A DNA stretch of 54,166 nt. Origin: Psammoneis japonica. Taxonomy: Eukaryota. The notes below the pieces were generated by a model that was not told the DNA's origin, searched no databases, and was given only the letters and a program-made list of their open reading frames with translations. Shown here one piece after another: positions 1-11,449 of this stretch. Every line of letters begins with the position of its first letter. Within the stretch, counting starts at the first letter, position 1. A program made the position numbers and the translations under genes. The DNA is taken from assembly GCA_008632985.1 (NCBI GenBank), contig QPGO01000327.1:1-54166 (forward strand). The letters run 5' to 3'.

Positions 1-371
1 CGTCTTGTTTGACCATCGACCACTGCCGACCAGTCGATCAACGTGACGTGCTTCCTCATCTCCATCCATGCCATTGCATCCATCCAACTATCATGATTTG
101 CTCAGTAAATGCTTCTTGCTGAAGATGCTGCTATGATGCTTTAGACGGCCGGGCAAAAGTAACAAAAACGGCATGGTGATTGGCCCTTCACTTCTACATC
201 AGCAACATGCAACTACGAACTACGTCGTAGTAAACGATGGCATTGACAGTAAATTGAAGATTGAAACAATGTATTATTTACAATATGCAACTCTGGGTGC
301 CTGGTTGCCAAGCAATCATTGGCACCACGACTGACAATCACTGGAGTGGGATATCTACCGGTACTTAGAAC

Positions 372-2097
372 TTAGACACTGTCTTCTCCGCTGATACTCT
401 CTTCTTCGATTTCCCTCAACTTATGTTCAGTCATGGTCTGCGAGACAGGAATCCCATGTTCCATTTGGCTATTTTGCTCTTTGAGGGAAACCCACCTATC
501 AATGTCAATGTCATCGCCATCGAGTAGGAGCAACTCCCATCCCTCGAAGAAGCGAGGCAAAAAGAATAGACGAGCGGGGATGCACAAGAAGGTCATCAAG
601 GGGAAAGCGATTGCGATGGGCTTGTAGTTCTGAACAAAGAACACGAGACCAAAGAAGCAGAACTCAAGACAAGTGTACATGTGAACTCTCTTCTTCTTCA
701 TGTACTTGTTGAAGAAAGGCGTCTCGGGGTACTTGCTGGGTTGCATAAAGAAGAGGAGGAAGCGTCCCCACAATTCAATACCTGCGAGGCTTGAAAGCCC
801 CATAAACAGAAACACTCCGTACAATACGGGAAGAGGCAGGAGCTTGAGTGCATCCAATGCAAAGATTGAACATAGAACCAGCACGTGCGAGAAGAAGTGC
901 GTCAATCTTGTCTCCTGAACGTTAAGGATCTCGCCATCACGGTCCTTCACGGAAAGGGCATTGACATGGACCATACAAGGGACGGTTGTGGCGACAAGAG
1001 GCGGGAGGCCAAGAGCAGCGTTTACAAGGTTGAAGAAACCAGAAAGAATCAAGTCGTAATTGTACGCTTCACCGTGTCTGAAGGAGCAAATACAGCAGGA
1101 GAAATAAAGGCGTGAGCGCTTCTGTTCAGATTCCAAAGTGGTATCCTGATTTCCCGAAATCCTTGTACTTACTGGAGCTTGTTGCTCGGGTGAGCGATAA
1201 GATGCCAAGTGATACCATTGTCGAGGTATACCAAAAGGAAAGCGAGAACAGCTGGACCGGCCGCCATAATGGGAACCCATGCCTTGCCGTTAAGGTTGCC
1301 GTAATCGACGAGCCAGTCACGAGTTCCCCATGACTCGTCTTGTTCAGGGCAGTCTTCGGGAAACGCCGTCGTACAAGAAGAGTCGCAGCACTGAAAGGTG
1401 GGTTCAATCGCGTCAGGAACCTTGAGAGTCTGGAGCGTTACTTCATCGTTCCAAATCCTGCTAATGCCGGTCCAAATAAGGACGGACAGGATGACCGCAA
1501 AGTCCGCAATGAATGTACGACAAAAGTCGTTGGGGAGAAAGCTCGAAAAGCGGAAACCACGGAAGAAAAAGATTGTAAACGTGGTACAAGACCGAGGATA
1601 AGACTTAGGAAGGCGACGGACAGATAGTTGTAGTTAGGGTCATCTGCGTTGTCTTCGTGGTGAGGATGATCTTTCTCGAAGTATCGCAACATTCCAGAGG
1701 TGGAGAATGGGTCACCGAGGGCATCCATGACAAAAATACTGACAATCAAGCCGGCAAACACTTCATCGGTGAAGCGAGTCGCCAACCGGACGTAGCGAGT
1801 TAAGTCAAAGAAGCCTGAAATGACGGTGTAGATGAAGACCCAGACAAATACCCACGCGTTGAAGGTTAGGAAAGGGACGCCAACATTGTCAGCGATATCA
1901 AAAAGGACGGTGGTCATAATGGAGAGAGGACCAGTGGACCCAATGATGCACATGGGCTGTCCTCCAATAAGGGCAAAGGTCGATCCGACCCAGCCAGTTG
2001 CAATAAGGGTTTCGATGGCACCCATGTATCCATTGGTGATATTGGTGTACACAGCACCAAAGGTCAAAGTTGGGACAATGACGGAGATGAACATGAG
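372..2097 (-). CDS. SLC4: SLC4-family bicarbonate/borate transporter, 5' part lost in the gap; intron 1078-1172; apparent 1-nt deletion at about 1587
   Basis: Contains family-typical segments PTLTFGAVY, LIGGQPMCIIGSTGPL, TRFTDEVFAGLIVSIF, VQETRLT, PLPVLYGVFLFMGLSSL and IAFPLMTFLCIPAR. Restoring one G at about 1587 gives LGLGTTFTIFFFRG, which reads on to HPSNKLQ. A GTAAGT...CTTCAG intron then joins to HGEAYNYDL. Confidence 0.9.
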
Positions 2098-2899
2098 NNN
2101 NNNNNNNNNNNNNNNNNNNNNNNNNNNNNNNNNNNNNNNNNNNNNNNNNNNNNNNNNNNNNNNNNNNNNNNNNNNNNNNNNNNNNNNNNNNNNNNNNNNN
2201 NNNNNNNNNNNNNNNNNNNNNNNNNNNNNNNNNNNNNNNNNNNNNNNNNNNNNNNNNNNNNNNNNNNNNNNNNNNNNNNNNNNNNNNNNNNNNNNNNNNN
2301 NNNNNNNNNNNNNNNNNNNNNNNNNNNNNNNNNNNNNNNNNNNNNNNNNNNNNNNNNNNNNNNNNNNNNNNNNNNNNNNNNNNNNNNNNNNNNNNNNNNN
2401 NNNNNNNNNNNNNNNNNNNNNNNNNNNNNNNNNNNNNNNNNNNNNNNNNNNNNNNNNNNNNNNNNNNNNNNNNNNNNNNNNNNNNNNNNNNNNNNNNNNN
2501 NNNNNNNNNNNNNNNNNNNNNNNNNNNNNNNNNNNNNNNNNNNNNNNNNNNNNNNNNNNNNNNNNNNNNNNNNNNNNNNNNNNNNNNNNNNNNNNNNNNN
2601 NNNNNNNNNNNNNNNNNNNNNNNNNNNNNNNNNNNNNNNNNNNNNNNNNNNNNNNNNNNNNNNNNNNNNNNNNNNNNNNNNNNNNNNNNNNNNNNNNNNN
2701 NNNNNNNNNNNNNNNNNNNNNNNNNNNNNNNNNNNNNNNNNNNNNNNNNNNNNNNNNNNNNNNNNNNNNNNNNNNNNNNNNNNNNNNNNNNNNNNNNNNN
2801 NNNNNNNNNNNNNNNNNNNNNNNNNNNNNNNNNNNNNNNNNNNNNNNNNNNNNNNNNNNNNNNNNNNNNNNNNNNNNNNNNNNNNNNNNNNNNNNNNNN
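2098..2899. other. Assembly gap (802 N)
   Basis: Run of N. ORFs spanning it are artefacts. Confidence 1.
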
Positions 2900-2914
2900 C
2901 ACACACACACACAC
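2900..2914 (+). repeat. (CA)n microsatellite at the gap edge
   Basis: cacacacacacacac directly after the N run. Confidence 0.8.
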
Positions 2915-5900
2915 TTTTTTTCAAAGTCACACCTCCTGCCTGGTGTGTGGGGCTGCTCTGCTTGCTGCCTGCTGGCTGTGTGTTTGAGCTGGTGACTGGG
3001 CTGCTTTGCCCCACACTGCACAGGCCAAGCTTGATGACAAGCACAAAGGCAGTTGCAAAAATTGCTGCTTGCAACTGCTGCAAGACTGTTCTTTCTCAAG
3101 CAGTGCATTCTTTGCACACACCATGAAATGTTCGAAGGGTCGCGCAAATCATGCACTCTTTCTTGTTTCAAGCACACACACACATGAGAGTTTTTCCATC
3201 CACAATTTGGCATCCACTGGCAAACACTGCACACAGTGAACAGCTTGTGCACAAAGTGTTTGTGCACTCGGCAGCATGAAGTTGGCAAGGAGCAATCAAG
3301 TGCACAACCCCAACCACATGCCAGGCCAGCACAGCATTTGCTCAGCGGACTCAGTGCAAGCAATGTGGGCTTGTGCAGTGTGCAAGCACATTGTTTGTGT
3401 CATGCACCCTCACCTCTAAAAGGCTTGCACTGTGTGCACTGCAAGGCATTTGCTGTTTTGCCAGCAGCACAGCAGCGCATGCTGCAGCAACTTGCCATTG
3501 CCACCTGGTGCCCCAGGCAGCTGTCAGCACAGGAGCAGGCACAAGCAAATGACATGCAAGAAAGAGGCACACATTGGGGTTTGTCATTGCTCTCAATGGG
3601 GGGCACTTGCCAACAAGTTTGGCAATCTTGCCATGAAAGCAGCAAAGGACACCACAGTGTGCAAGATGAAAATTTTTAAGAAAAATTGTGTTTCTGAGAC
3701 ACACAAACAAAGCCAAGTGTGTTTGCAGCTGTGAGACATGTGTGTGGCACACTGGCCACATGTGGGGCAGTGGCCAAACTGTGGCATGGTTTTGTGTGCT
3801 GGGGAAATGCACACTGCTTGTTGTGAACAGACACCCTGTCACATGCAGAGAGATTTGACAATCTCTCACACACTTTTCATCTGATCTGGCATGTGCTTGT
3901 TGCCATCCCAGGTGTTGTTGGATCATCCAATGGCTGCTGATTTGCAAGGTCATGAGCAGTGCTGTGCTGCACCATCTCTTTCCCATGTCATGTGCATTTG
4001 ATGGTTTTCCACTGAGATGTGGCCATCATCACCACATCTGCCATTTTTCTTTCTTGACTGCAGCAATCACAATGGCCACCAAACACACACCAGAGCTCTG
4101 CACAGGATTTTGATTTGTTTTTCCCAGCAGAGCCATGGTTCTGAGGAGCACAAATGCCATTGATTTGGTTGCCTCATGCCTGCACATGCACCCAGATGCA
4201 TTTTGTTCCAACAAGACAGGCCCAAATCCAAAGTTCTTTTGAAATAATTTTTGCACACCTTGATCTTAAGAAAAACACTCTTGTGATTCTTTGTCTGGAC
4301 CAGCCACCAACAAAGCTCCTCCTCTCTTTGTCAGGTTTTTCCAATGCCCTCGAACTTGTCTTGACAAGGCCAATCTTTGCAAGGTTGTGATTGAAGTGCC
4401 ACAAGATGGTGCCAGCATGTGTGGGCCAATGAGATGTCTTCTGTGTTTGTTGTGACAAATGAGAACAAGACACTTTCTGCTCTTTGCTGCAAGTTGTCTT
4501 CCTCACCCCCCACCTTTTGATGTGCTGGCTGAGCTTCTGGTTCAGCCCTTGAAGAGGGTTCTTGAGGAGGCTGGGCATCTCTTGTGGTGCCAACAACTGC
4601 TTGGCAGCCCCAGCAATCAACATGTTTGTGCCGCACACACAAGCACACAAAGGGCACACCAAATTTAAAAACCATGCCAACCCAGTGCTTGGTGTTTGCC
4701 TCCACCAACAAGCATTCTGGTGAAACAAATCAAAACTCCTGTCAGTCCTCTCATTGCCTGCATGGCTGGTCAGGCTTGCCAAGGTCTCACTGTCAATTCT
4801 GCTGCTTTTGCTGGCAAGCTGTCAAAGAGTGCAGATCATCAGCCTGGCTGTGTTGGATGCAATGAAAAAGAGAGGTCTGTTGGGTTGCAGCAAACAACCA
4901 CCACTTGTGTGTCCTCCCTGGCATTGTTTTTGTTTCTTCCAAGGCTGCCCACTGAGGAGTTGGCTTTGCTGCTGTTTTTTCTTTTCACCAGGAGGTTGTT
5001 GTGACAAACACATGTGTGTGGACCCAGGTGGCAAGCAGCAGAGGATGATGATTTCTTCAGTGAGGAGAACCCAAATGTGACATTTGCCCATCTGGTGCCA
5101 GCACTTCTGGTCAATGTGTGGACCTGTGTGAATGATCACATCTCATCATTGAGAACATGATCTGGGCAAGATGCCAGTCAGTGCTGATCTTCACATTTGG
5201 CTCAGGCTGTGTTTTTCTGCTGCTCTGCCTGTGAATCAAGCTGTGCTTTCTGAGGACCAACAGGCTGCCCCAGCCAATGGATTTTACTTCAACACCATGT
5301 GCCTTGAGTTGCCATCTTTTGGTGTTTGCTTGCCAGCATGCCACGCACATTCCTTGGTGGTTTCCTTGCCCCCATGGTGTGAGAGAGACATTCTTTGACA
5401 GGACAACAATGTGGACAAGGTCAAGATTGCAAAGCACATCTGTTTTGAGGAAGGCACAAATGTTGCTCACATGCAGCACATGATCATGATGTGTTTCATT
5501 GAGCTTGTGATGAGTCGCTGAGGCTTGCAGCCACTTTTGTGCTGCTGCGCCATCTTTGCACACATTTGCCAACCAAGTGTCTGACATCATTGCTTGTGTT
5601 TGTTCTTTGCAGGCCTTGTTGTGTGCCACCTCTTCCCAACAATGAACAAGCACACACCATCAGACATCTTGGCTGTCATGACAATCTTTGGTGGAACACA
5701 TCTGCTTTAACTTGTCTGGATTGTGGGGAGTCTGGCAGCAACATGGAGGGATTTGATTGCATGGCAAGCACTTGCACAGGTTGCTGTTGGCTCTCTTTGT
5801 GATTGTTCTTCAGCTGCATGGTCTCAGTGCCCACTGTGGAATTCACAGAAAGGTGCTCAACATGCAGCAACAGGATGGAACAACATCAACCACCTGGTGG

Positions 5901-8199
5901 ATGAGACAACAGAGACCAAAAGCAATGAAACAATGCAGCCACCAGAGATGCTTGTGAGCAGAGGAGAGAACAGCAGTGTTGTTGTCAATGTGGAGTTGGG
6001 TGAGAAGAAGGGCCAAGACCACCTGCAAGTGCAGGACTGCACCCAAGGACTTCCAAAAAGGTGACTTGTGTTGCACCAACTCTGTTGCTCTCTGAATCAT
6101 TTGCTGGCCTTGCAGTTCCCTGCATGTTCACACTGCAGCAATCTAGAAGTCTGCTGGATCTTTTTCCTTCAATGACAACAACTGGGCCTGCAAAATGGAA
6201 GAGACTGGGCAACAACCCAGAGTCAATGAGATGGACATTTTTTTCAGGCATGGGAACTGGCGTGGCACCACACGCAGATTCAGTTCCAGACATGTGTGGT
6301 GGTGCACTCCAAATTGTCATGCAAGAGATGATGGGTTGAAGTTTGAACAGCTTCAGTTGCAGATGTGACTGGACGCTGTGCTTTTTTTTGGCTCTGTGCA
6401 GTCATTTCATTTTTTCATCATCACTTCACACAAACCCTGCCTTGGAGTCCTTCATTTTCACCACCATTGCTTTTGTGCCACACACTTAAAAAAGATTGCA
6501 ACAGCCCATGGAAACCAAGACACCAGCCCGGGTTGTGCACATCACACATTGCTTTTTGCTTTGATTCAGCCAGACCCTGGTGTCAATGCTGTGGGAGTTG
6601 TGAGGATGGATGCCAACAACAAAACTGCTCCCCATCATTTGGAAAGAACATTTGAAAACAGGCGCTTTGTTTGAGATGTGTGTTTTTGCTGTGTGGATGA
6701 GGGGTGGAAAAGATGCAGAGCCAAGCTTTGATTTGACATCAAAGTGCAAGCCATGTTGTTGTCTGTTTTGTTGTTGATTGTCGCTCACTGGATTTTGTGT
6801 GACACAAGTTGGAGAGAATGAAAACAGACACAGCACTGCCCCCTCCACAGTGAGAACAGCACCTCTTGTCAATCTGAGCTGGAGAGAGCAGTGTGTGTGA
6901 ACCAGACAAACACCATCACTCAGAAGCCACAGCATCTGCTCTTGTGCACAGCCAGGTTTCTTTTGTTTCTTGTCTTCCAGTGGATGTTCCAACAGCCTCA
7001 CTTGCATTGCAGTGTGTTTCGTCTGTCATTGTTGTTGTGCTTTGCCGTGGTGAAGCACCAAAAATCGGCACCCAAAACAGAAAGGAACCCGGCAATTGAG
7101 AAACCCGGAAGCATCTCCAATCTGTGACAAAATCATGCAATTTTTGAACATGCATGACCGAAGGTCATGCTTTTTTCGTCTGTCCTTGTGTCTTCGCTTT
7201 TACCCCCACAGCGTGAAATTCTCAATCTGTGGTGGTCGGAGTTGCACAAATGCGCTCTGTCGACAATGACCCGCTCACCATCGTTGCCGCTTGTGTGGCA
7301 TGGCACTTTCATTGACGTGGGCACATCCTTCATTGTCTGACACACCTCGTGATGTGTTGGTGGATTGCTGAGGTGGCACATGTGGCATTGACGGTTGCCG
7401 TTTGTTCAAGCGCCGATGATTGAGGATTTCATTTTTGCGCAGAATTTGTGTGGATGTCTGCAGGGCATCATTTTTGGTGTCAAGAGCATGCACTCGATTT
7501 GAGTGCCCCAAGTTTGTTGTGGATGATGACATGTTCCAGCTCCAGGTGGGACCTTGCACTGCTGAGCTGTGACACAATTGCTTCTCATCATCCGTCCCAT
7601 GTTTTGCACGCACATTTCTGCGTGCTCTGTTGTAAAAAATTGTTCCACACTGCCTGTTTTGCGAAGCCAAAGGCTTTCTGTAACACCCACATTTGTGTCA
7701 ACAAAAATGCACTGGGTGCATTCTTTGATGTCTGAAGAACACACCCGGGCATGCTGTGAAGAATGCACTTCAAGTGTGGAGGAGGAGACACGTTCGCAAA
7801 ATTGCCTCTTTTTCTGTTGGCGATCATTCATGTGTCCATTGCTTGACAATTTTGCTGCGGAGCTTGCACGCAGAATTCTACAGGCCCAATGTCACAAAAA
7901 GTCCCACCCAGGACTGGAACCCGTCTGATCCAGATTGTTGCATTTTGATGTCCAGTTGATGAGACGTGTCGATTCATGCCTTGGTGTTGCAGCACAGAAC
8001 AGTGTGGGAGCAACGCAAGCAGCTTTCATTGCCATGGCCGTGTCATTTTTTGCGTCAAAAATTTGGTGAGGGTCATTCTCGTTTTTGTGTGAGATTTTCA
8101 GATCCATTCAATCTGTTTTTTGTGGATTTTCAATGGGGTGTGTGCACACCTGCGTCACATCCGTTGAATCCCATGTGCAACACTCAGCTCTGCAGCGCC

Positions 8200-8610
8200 A
8201 GTTGCAACTTTCTCTCTGGGGTCCTTGAGGTTATGAATGCAAACTTTCTTGCTGGTGTTCCTGACGTTCCATGCACGCAAACTTCTCGAGCTTGCGTTCC
8301 GGGCGGGGGGCCACAAACTTTCTCACGGGGGCTCCTGACGCTGGCCTCTAGAAACTTCTCACGCTTGCGTTCCTGGGGGGCTGCAAACTTCTCTTGGGGC
8401 TTCCTGACGCTCTACAAACTTCTCGTGCTTGTGTTCCTTGGGGGCTGGAAACTTTCTCGTGGGGGTTCCTGGTGCTCTACAAACTTCTCGTGCTTGCTTT
8501 CCTGGGGGGCTGCAAACACTTTCTCGCGGGGTTTCCAGACGCTTTGCAAACTTCCTCACGCTTGTGTTCCTTGGGGCTGCAAACTTTCTCTGGGGGTTCC
8601 TTGGGTGCTG
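8200..8610 (+). repeat. Degenerate tandem minisatellite, about 65-70 bp unit made of two related subunits of about 32 bp
   Basis: aaactt(c)ctc(g/a)..gcttg.(g/t)ttcc recurs at about 8279, 8352, 8416, 8481 and 8548, alternating with aaactt(t)ctc..gggg..tcc(t/a)gacgct-type subunits. Confidence 0.85.
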
Positions 8611-9389
8611 AGACAGGGGATGGAGCAGTTGTTGCATGCGATGCACTGCGTTGGATGGAGACATTTCAGACAGGGGATGGTCGAGTTGCTGCGGTGCACA
8701 AGTGGCTGTCCACCCCTGCGGGCAACACATCATAAATGATCACATTGAAGCCGGGAGCTGCTGGAAAAAACGATTGTGCTGCTGCGGCACAACTTGATGA
8801 CACGTGGCGCCAGGCGCCATGTGCGTCCTGTGCATTGGGGGGGGGGGGGCAGACAGACGCCACCCGCAGCAGCACATGCATTGCCACAGATGCCAAACAC
8901 CCAAATCACAGCCTCACATGCATTTGACTCAATGCACAGATTAGGATTTAGGATTGTTGGCAACTGATTGGCATGAGAAAATGCCACTTTAGACAACAGT
9001 CTTGGTGCAACTGGTTGTTCGTGTGAAACGCACAACTCGGCTCAATCTTCGGCTTACGATTCGTCGGCATGTGGTGCCGGCACGGTGACATGCAGTCGTC
9101 GTCTGCTCGTGTTTTTCACCGAAAAAAAGCGCGAAACGATGCAAGACGTTTTTTCCAGCAGCTCCCACAAAAAGTGTCTACATTTTCGATCGCTTGACAA
9201 AAAATGATGTTTTTAAAATCAACACAAAATTGTTGGTCGAAAAGGACTGCCACGATCGCCGATGCCACCTTTCCAGATTTTTCTGTGACCAAACGGTTGA
9301 AAACTCTCGCTGCCATCATAGAGTTTAATCTCTGCTGCCGTGATCGTGCCGCTGAAACTGTCAAACAATCACAAAAGCTGAACCGAACA

Positions 9390-10832
9390 ATGACATCGTA
9401 TGAAATTCCGCAGCTGGCTGTCAGCACGAGCCTTTCGACTCTGTCTTTGTCGTCGGTTGGCTTTAGCACCCCCATGAACGCGACGAGGACGTTGAAAGAA
9501 CTGCACGAGGGAGCACAACTTGCACCTCCTGCAAAAGCTGATCAATTTTCCGTTGCAGAAATGGAGCGACAAGTGAATGGTTTGTTAGCTCCCGGGCATT
9601 GGGATGGCCTTGATTCGATTGGTCATGCAAAAACATCATTTCTTGTCATGCGCGAGCAACATGAATTGCTGTCGAAGCTCCTCAATGCGACACCGGAAAA
9701 GGTAGCTCAAGCATTTCATTGTGCGTTGGACATGAACCACACATTTGGAAAGAGGCTCGATGCCCTCGTCAGGAAAGGGGGGGACATGTTTTTTTCGGAT
9801 GAGGATCGAGAAGTTGCCAGTTGCCCACTGGCAACGTTTCTGAGCCGCCACAAGGAGTTTTTCGATCCGGACGATGCCCCGACCATTTTCAACTGCCAGG
9901 ATGGGTTCAAACGGGTGGAAAAACCGTTGATCTGGATACAAGAAAATACTTCGACGGTGTGTTACCTTGTCACGGTAGCCTGTGCTGTCTTTTACAACCA
10001 ATGCATCCAAAATGGGGTGACTGCGAACGATGGTCCCGTTGCGGTTCAGAAGCACTCTCTGAATGTCAGCCGGTTCATGAGGGATGAATTCGCAAATGAA
10101 GAAATCTGTGCCAATGTCTTTATGACCCAAGGGGGTCATCCCGATGCAATGATGGAACGCCTTCTCAGGCCCCAGAACCCAAACAAGAAAAAGGTTGTAG
10201 AAGACTGTTGTCTTGACGTCACCATGTCCATTGACTTGATTTTTGCGAATGTCAAACATTGGCTTGGCAAGCATGGTGCGCTTGTGGCTTCTGACTTCAA
10301 AATGTTCCCAAAGCATGTGGCGGACAAAACAAAGTGTGTCTTTCATGGAAACTGGAACGACCTCAAGCAAGACGCCATCGAAAGGGAACTCCAAGAAGCC
10401 CCCATGGATGTCGACGAATGCAACAATTTCTGGGGTCTCCCCCCAAACGACATCCAACTTCATGCTTTTCTCATCATCGGTGTACGACGTACGACAGGTG
10501 AGGATGACATGGGCGGGCTCGCGTTTCTCATTCAGGATTCGTCGGATGAAAGACCGTTTGTCATTGTTGGCCTGGATTTGCCAGTTTCTGCTGGAGTGGA
10601 ACGGTTGCATGCTGTTGCACAGGATGTGGCGTTTGACTCGGAAAACTTTTGTCATGATAGAACAGCCAGTCCGGCCTTCATCATGAGTGGGGGTCACAGT
10701 CCCAGAATCTATGACATCCCCTCGAGCGACAGCAGTGAGGAGGAGAATCTTGAGGAGAGCAACATGGTGAGGAACTTCCATCGCTGTTGGACTCCCATTG
10801 ACCCCGCTGAGATTTCTTGCATCAAAACATAA
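9390..10832 (+). CDS. Papain-like (clan CA) cysteine-protease-fold protein, partly eroded by mutation; may be a pseudogene in the making
   Basis: Open frame 9204-10832, plausible ATG at 9390. Motifs occur in papain order: WIQENTSTVCYL (Q...C), QGGHP, LHAFLIIGVR (cf. NHAVLIVGY) and FLIQDSS (cf. WLIKNSW). Only 4 Tyr in 542 codons. Confidence 0.55.
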   Translation: MTSYEIPQLAVSTSLSTLSLSSVGFSTPMNATRTLKELHEGAQLAPPAKADQFSVAEMERQVNGLLAPGHWDGLDSIGHAKTSFLVMREQHELLSKLLNATPEKVAQAFHCALDMNHTFGKRLDALVRKGGDMFFSDEDREVASCPLATFLSRHKEFFDPDDAPTIFNCQDGFKRVEKPLIWIQENTSTVCYLVTVACAVFYNQCIQNGVTANDGPVAVQKHSLNVSRFMRDEFANEEICANVFMTQGGHPDAMMERLLRPQNPNKKKVVEDCCLDVTMSIDLIFANVKHWLGKHGALVASDFKMFPKHVADKTKCVFHGNWNDLKQDAIERELQEAPMDVDECNNFWGLPPNDIQLHAFLIIGVRRTTGEDDMGGLAFLIQDSSDERPFVIVGLDLPVSAGVERLHAVAQDVAFDSENFCHDRTASPAFIMSGGHSPRIYDIPSSDSSEEENLEESNMVRNFHRCWTPIDPAEISCIKT

Positions 10833-10991
10833 TTGTGATGAAATGCTTTGCGCTTCCATTGCGTGACATGAATGTGTGTGATGTTGGCAATGGAGATGTG
10901 ATGACGTGAGCTGTAGCACGTGACAGAGACGTTCAAAAAGACTCCACAAAAACAGGTGAATGAGTTCAAAAATGAAACTGAAATTTTGCTG

Positions 10992-11437
10992 GGGCACACT
11001 GAATTAATCTCACGTATTGGGCGGTGCCCCTGACCCCACTTTCACCCCAGATTGTCAAAATGTGTAAAACACCCCTGTTTTGTAAAACGCCCTAGTAACA
11101 AGCAGCGGCTTGGGTCGTCATGGTGCTTTCGACAGTCGAGTCGAGCAGTTTTTGCTGTTTGCGCATTCAAATCGCGCGCACTGACAGTGAAAGTTCACTT
11201 CCGGGTTCCTTCTGGTTTTGGTTCGCCATCAAATATGACCGACGACTGACCGACGAATGCTCGAAAAAGCCTGCTACGTAGGATCCTACGTAAGATATAG
11301 GGTAATGAGCCAAAATGTGTGTTTTACACGACGAAGCACGTGTTTTACAGAATAACACGTGATTTTACGATTCCCCCCCTCCCCCCCCCTTCACCGCGAA
11401 GGTTGCGCCCAATACGTGAGATTAATTCAGCGCGCCC
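10992..11437. mobile_element. Non-autonomous TIR element (MITE) of about 450 bp, PIF/Harbinger-like
   Basis: Inverted ends: GGGCACACTGAATTAATCTCACGTATTGGGCG (10992-11023) versus reverse complement GGGCGCGCTGAATTAATCTCACGTATTGGGCG (11406-11437), 30/32 identical. Flanks CTG / CTA are a candidate 3-bp TSD. Subterminal inverted GTGTAAAACAC / GTGTTTTACAC. No ORF. Confidence 0.8.
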
Positions 11438-11449
11438 CTACCATCATGG

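Larger units (their letters stand above)
2900..9010. repeat. CpG- and TpA-depleted, TpG/CpA-rich island; decayed repeat or TE-derived DNA of unassignable family
   Basis: CG and TA are very rare over kilobases. The short ORFs in all frames are rich in Cys/His/Gln and almost free of Tyr. No recognisable protein domain. Confidence 0.75.

Noticed and set aside
1438..3363. Long ORFs (338-641 aa) spanning 2098-2899
   Set aside because: They are open only because of the N gap; only the SLC4 part below 2097 is real.
3593..3814. CPTCGQC...C...LC fragment as a piggyBac cysteine-rich tail
   Set aside because: Cys is inflated by local composition, and no DDE core, TIR or TTAA junction could be identified.
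7901..7965. Functional tRNA gene
   Set aside because: Too short and lacks D and anticodon arms; kept only as a low-interest relic.
8200..8610. CRISPR-like array (also considered for 47026-47492)
   Set aside because: No unique spacers, degenerate tandem units, eukaryotic context and no cas genes.
2900..9010. Dozens of Cys/His-rich ORFs resembling zinc-finger or metal-binding proteins (also 12300-15250, 24000-24600, 50450-52400)
   Set aside because: By-product of TG/CA excess and loss of TAA/TAG stops. They occur in all six frames with no domain pattern.
9636..10997. 453-aa antisense ORF
   Set aside because: Shadow of the plus-strand papain-like ORF in stop-depleted DNA; no motif.
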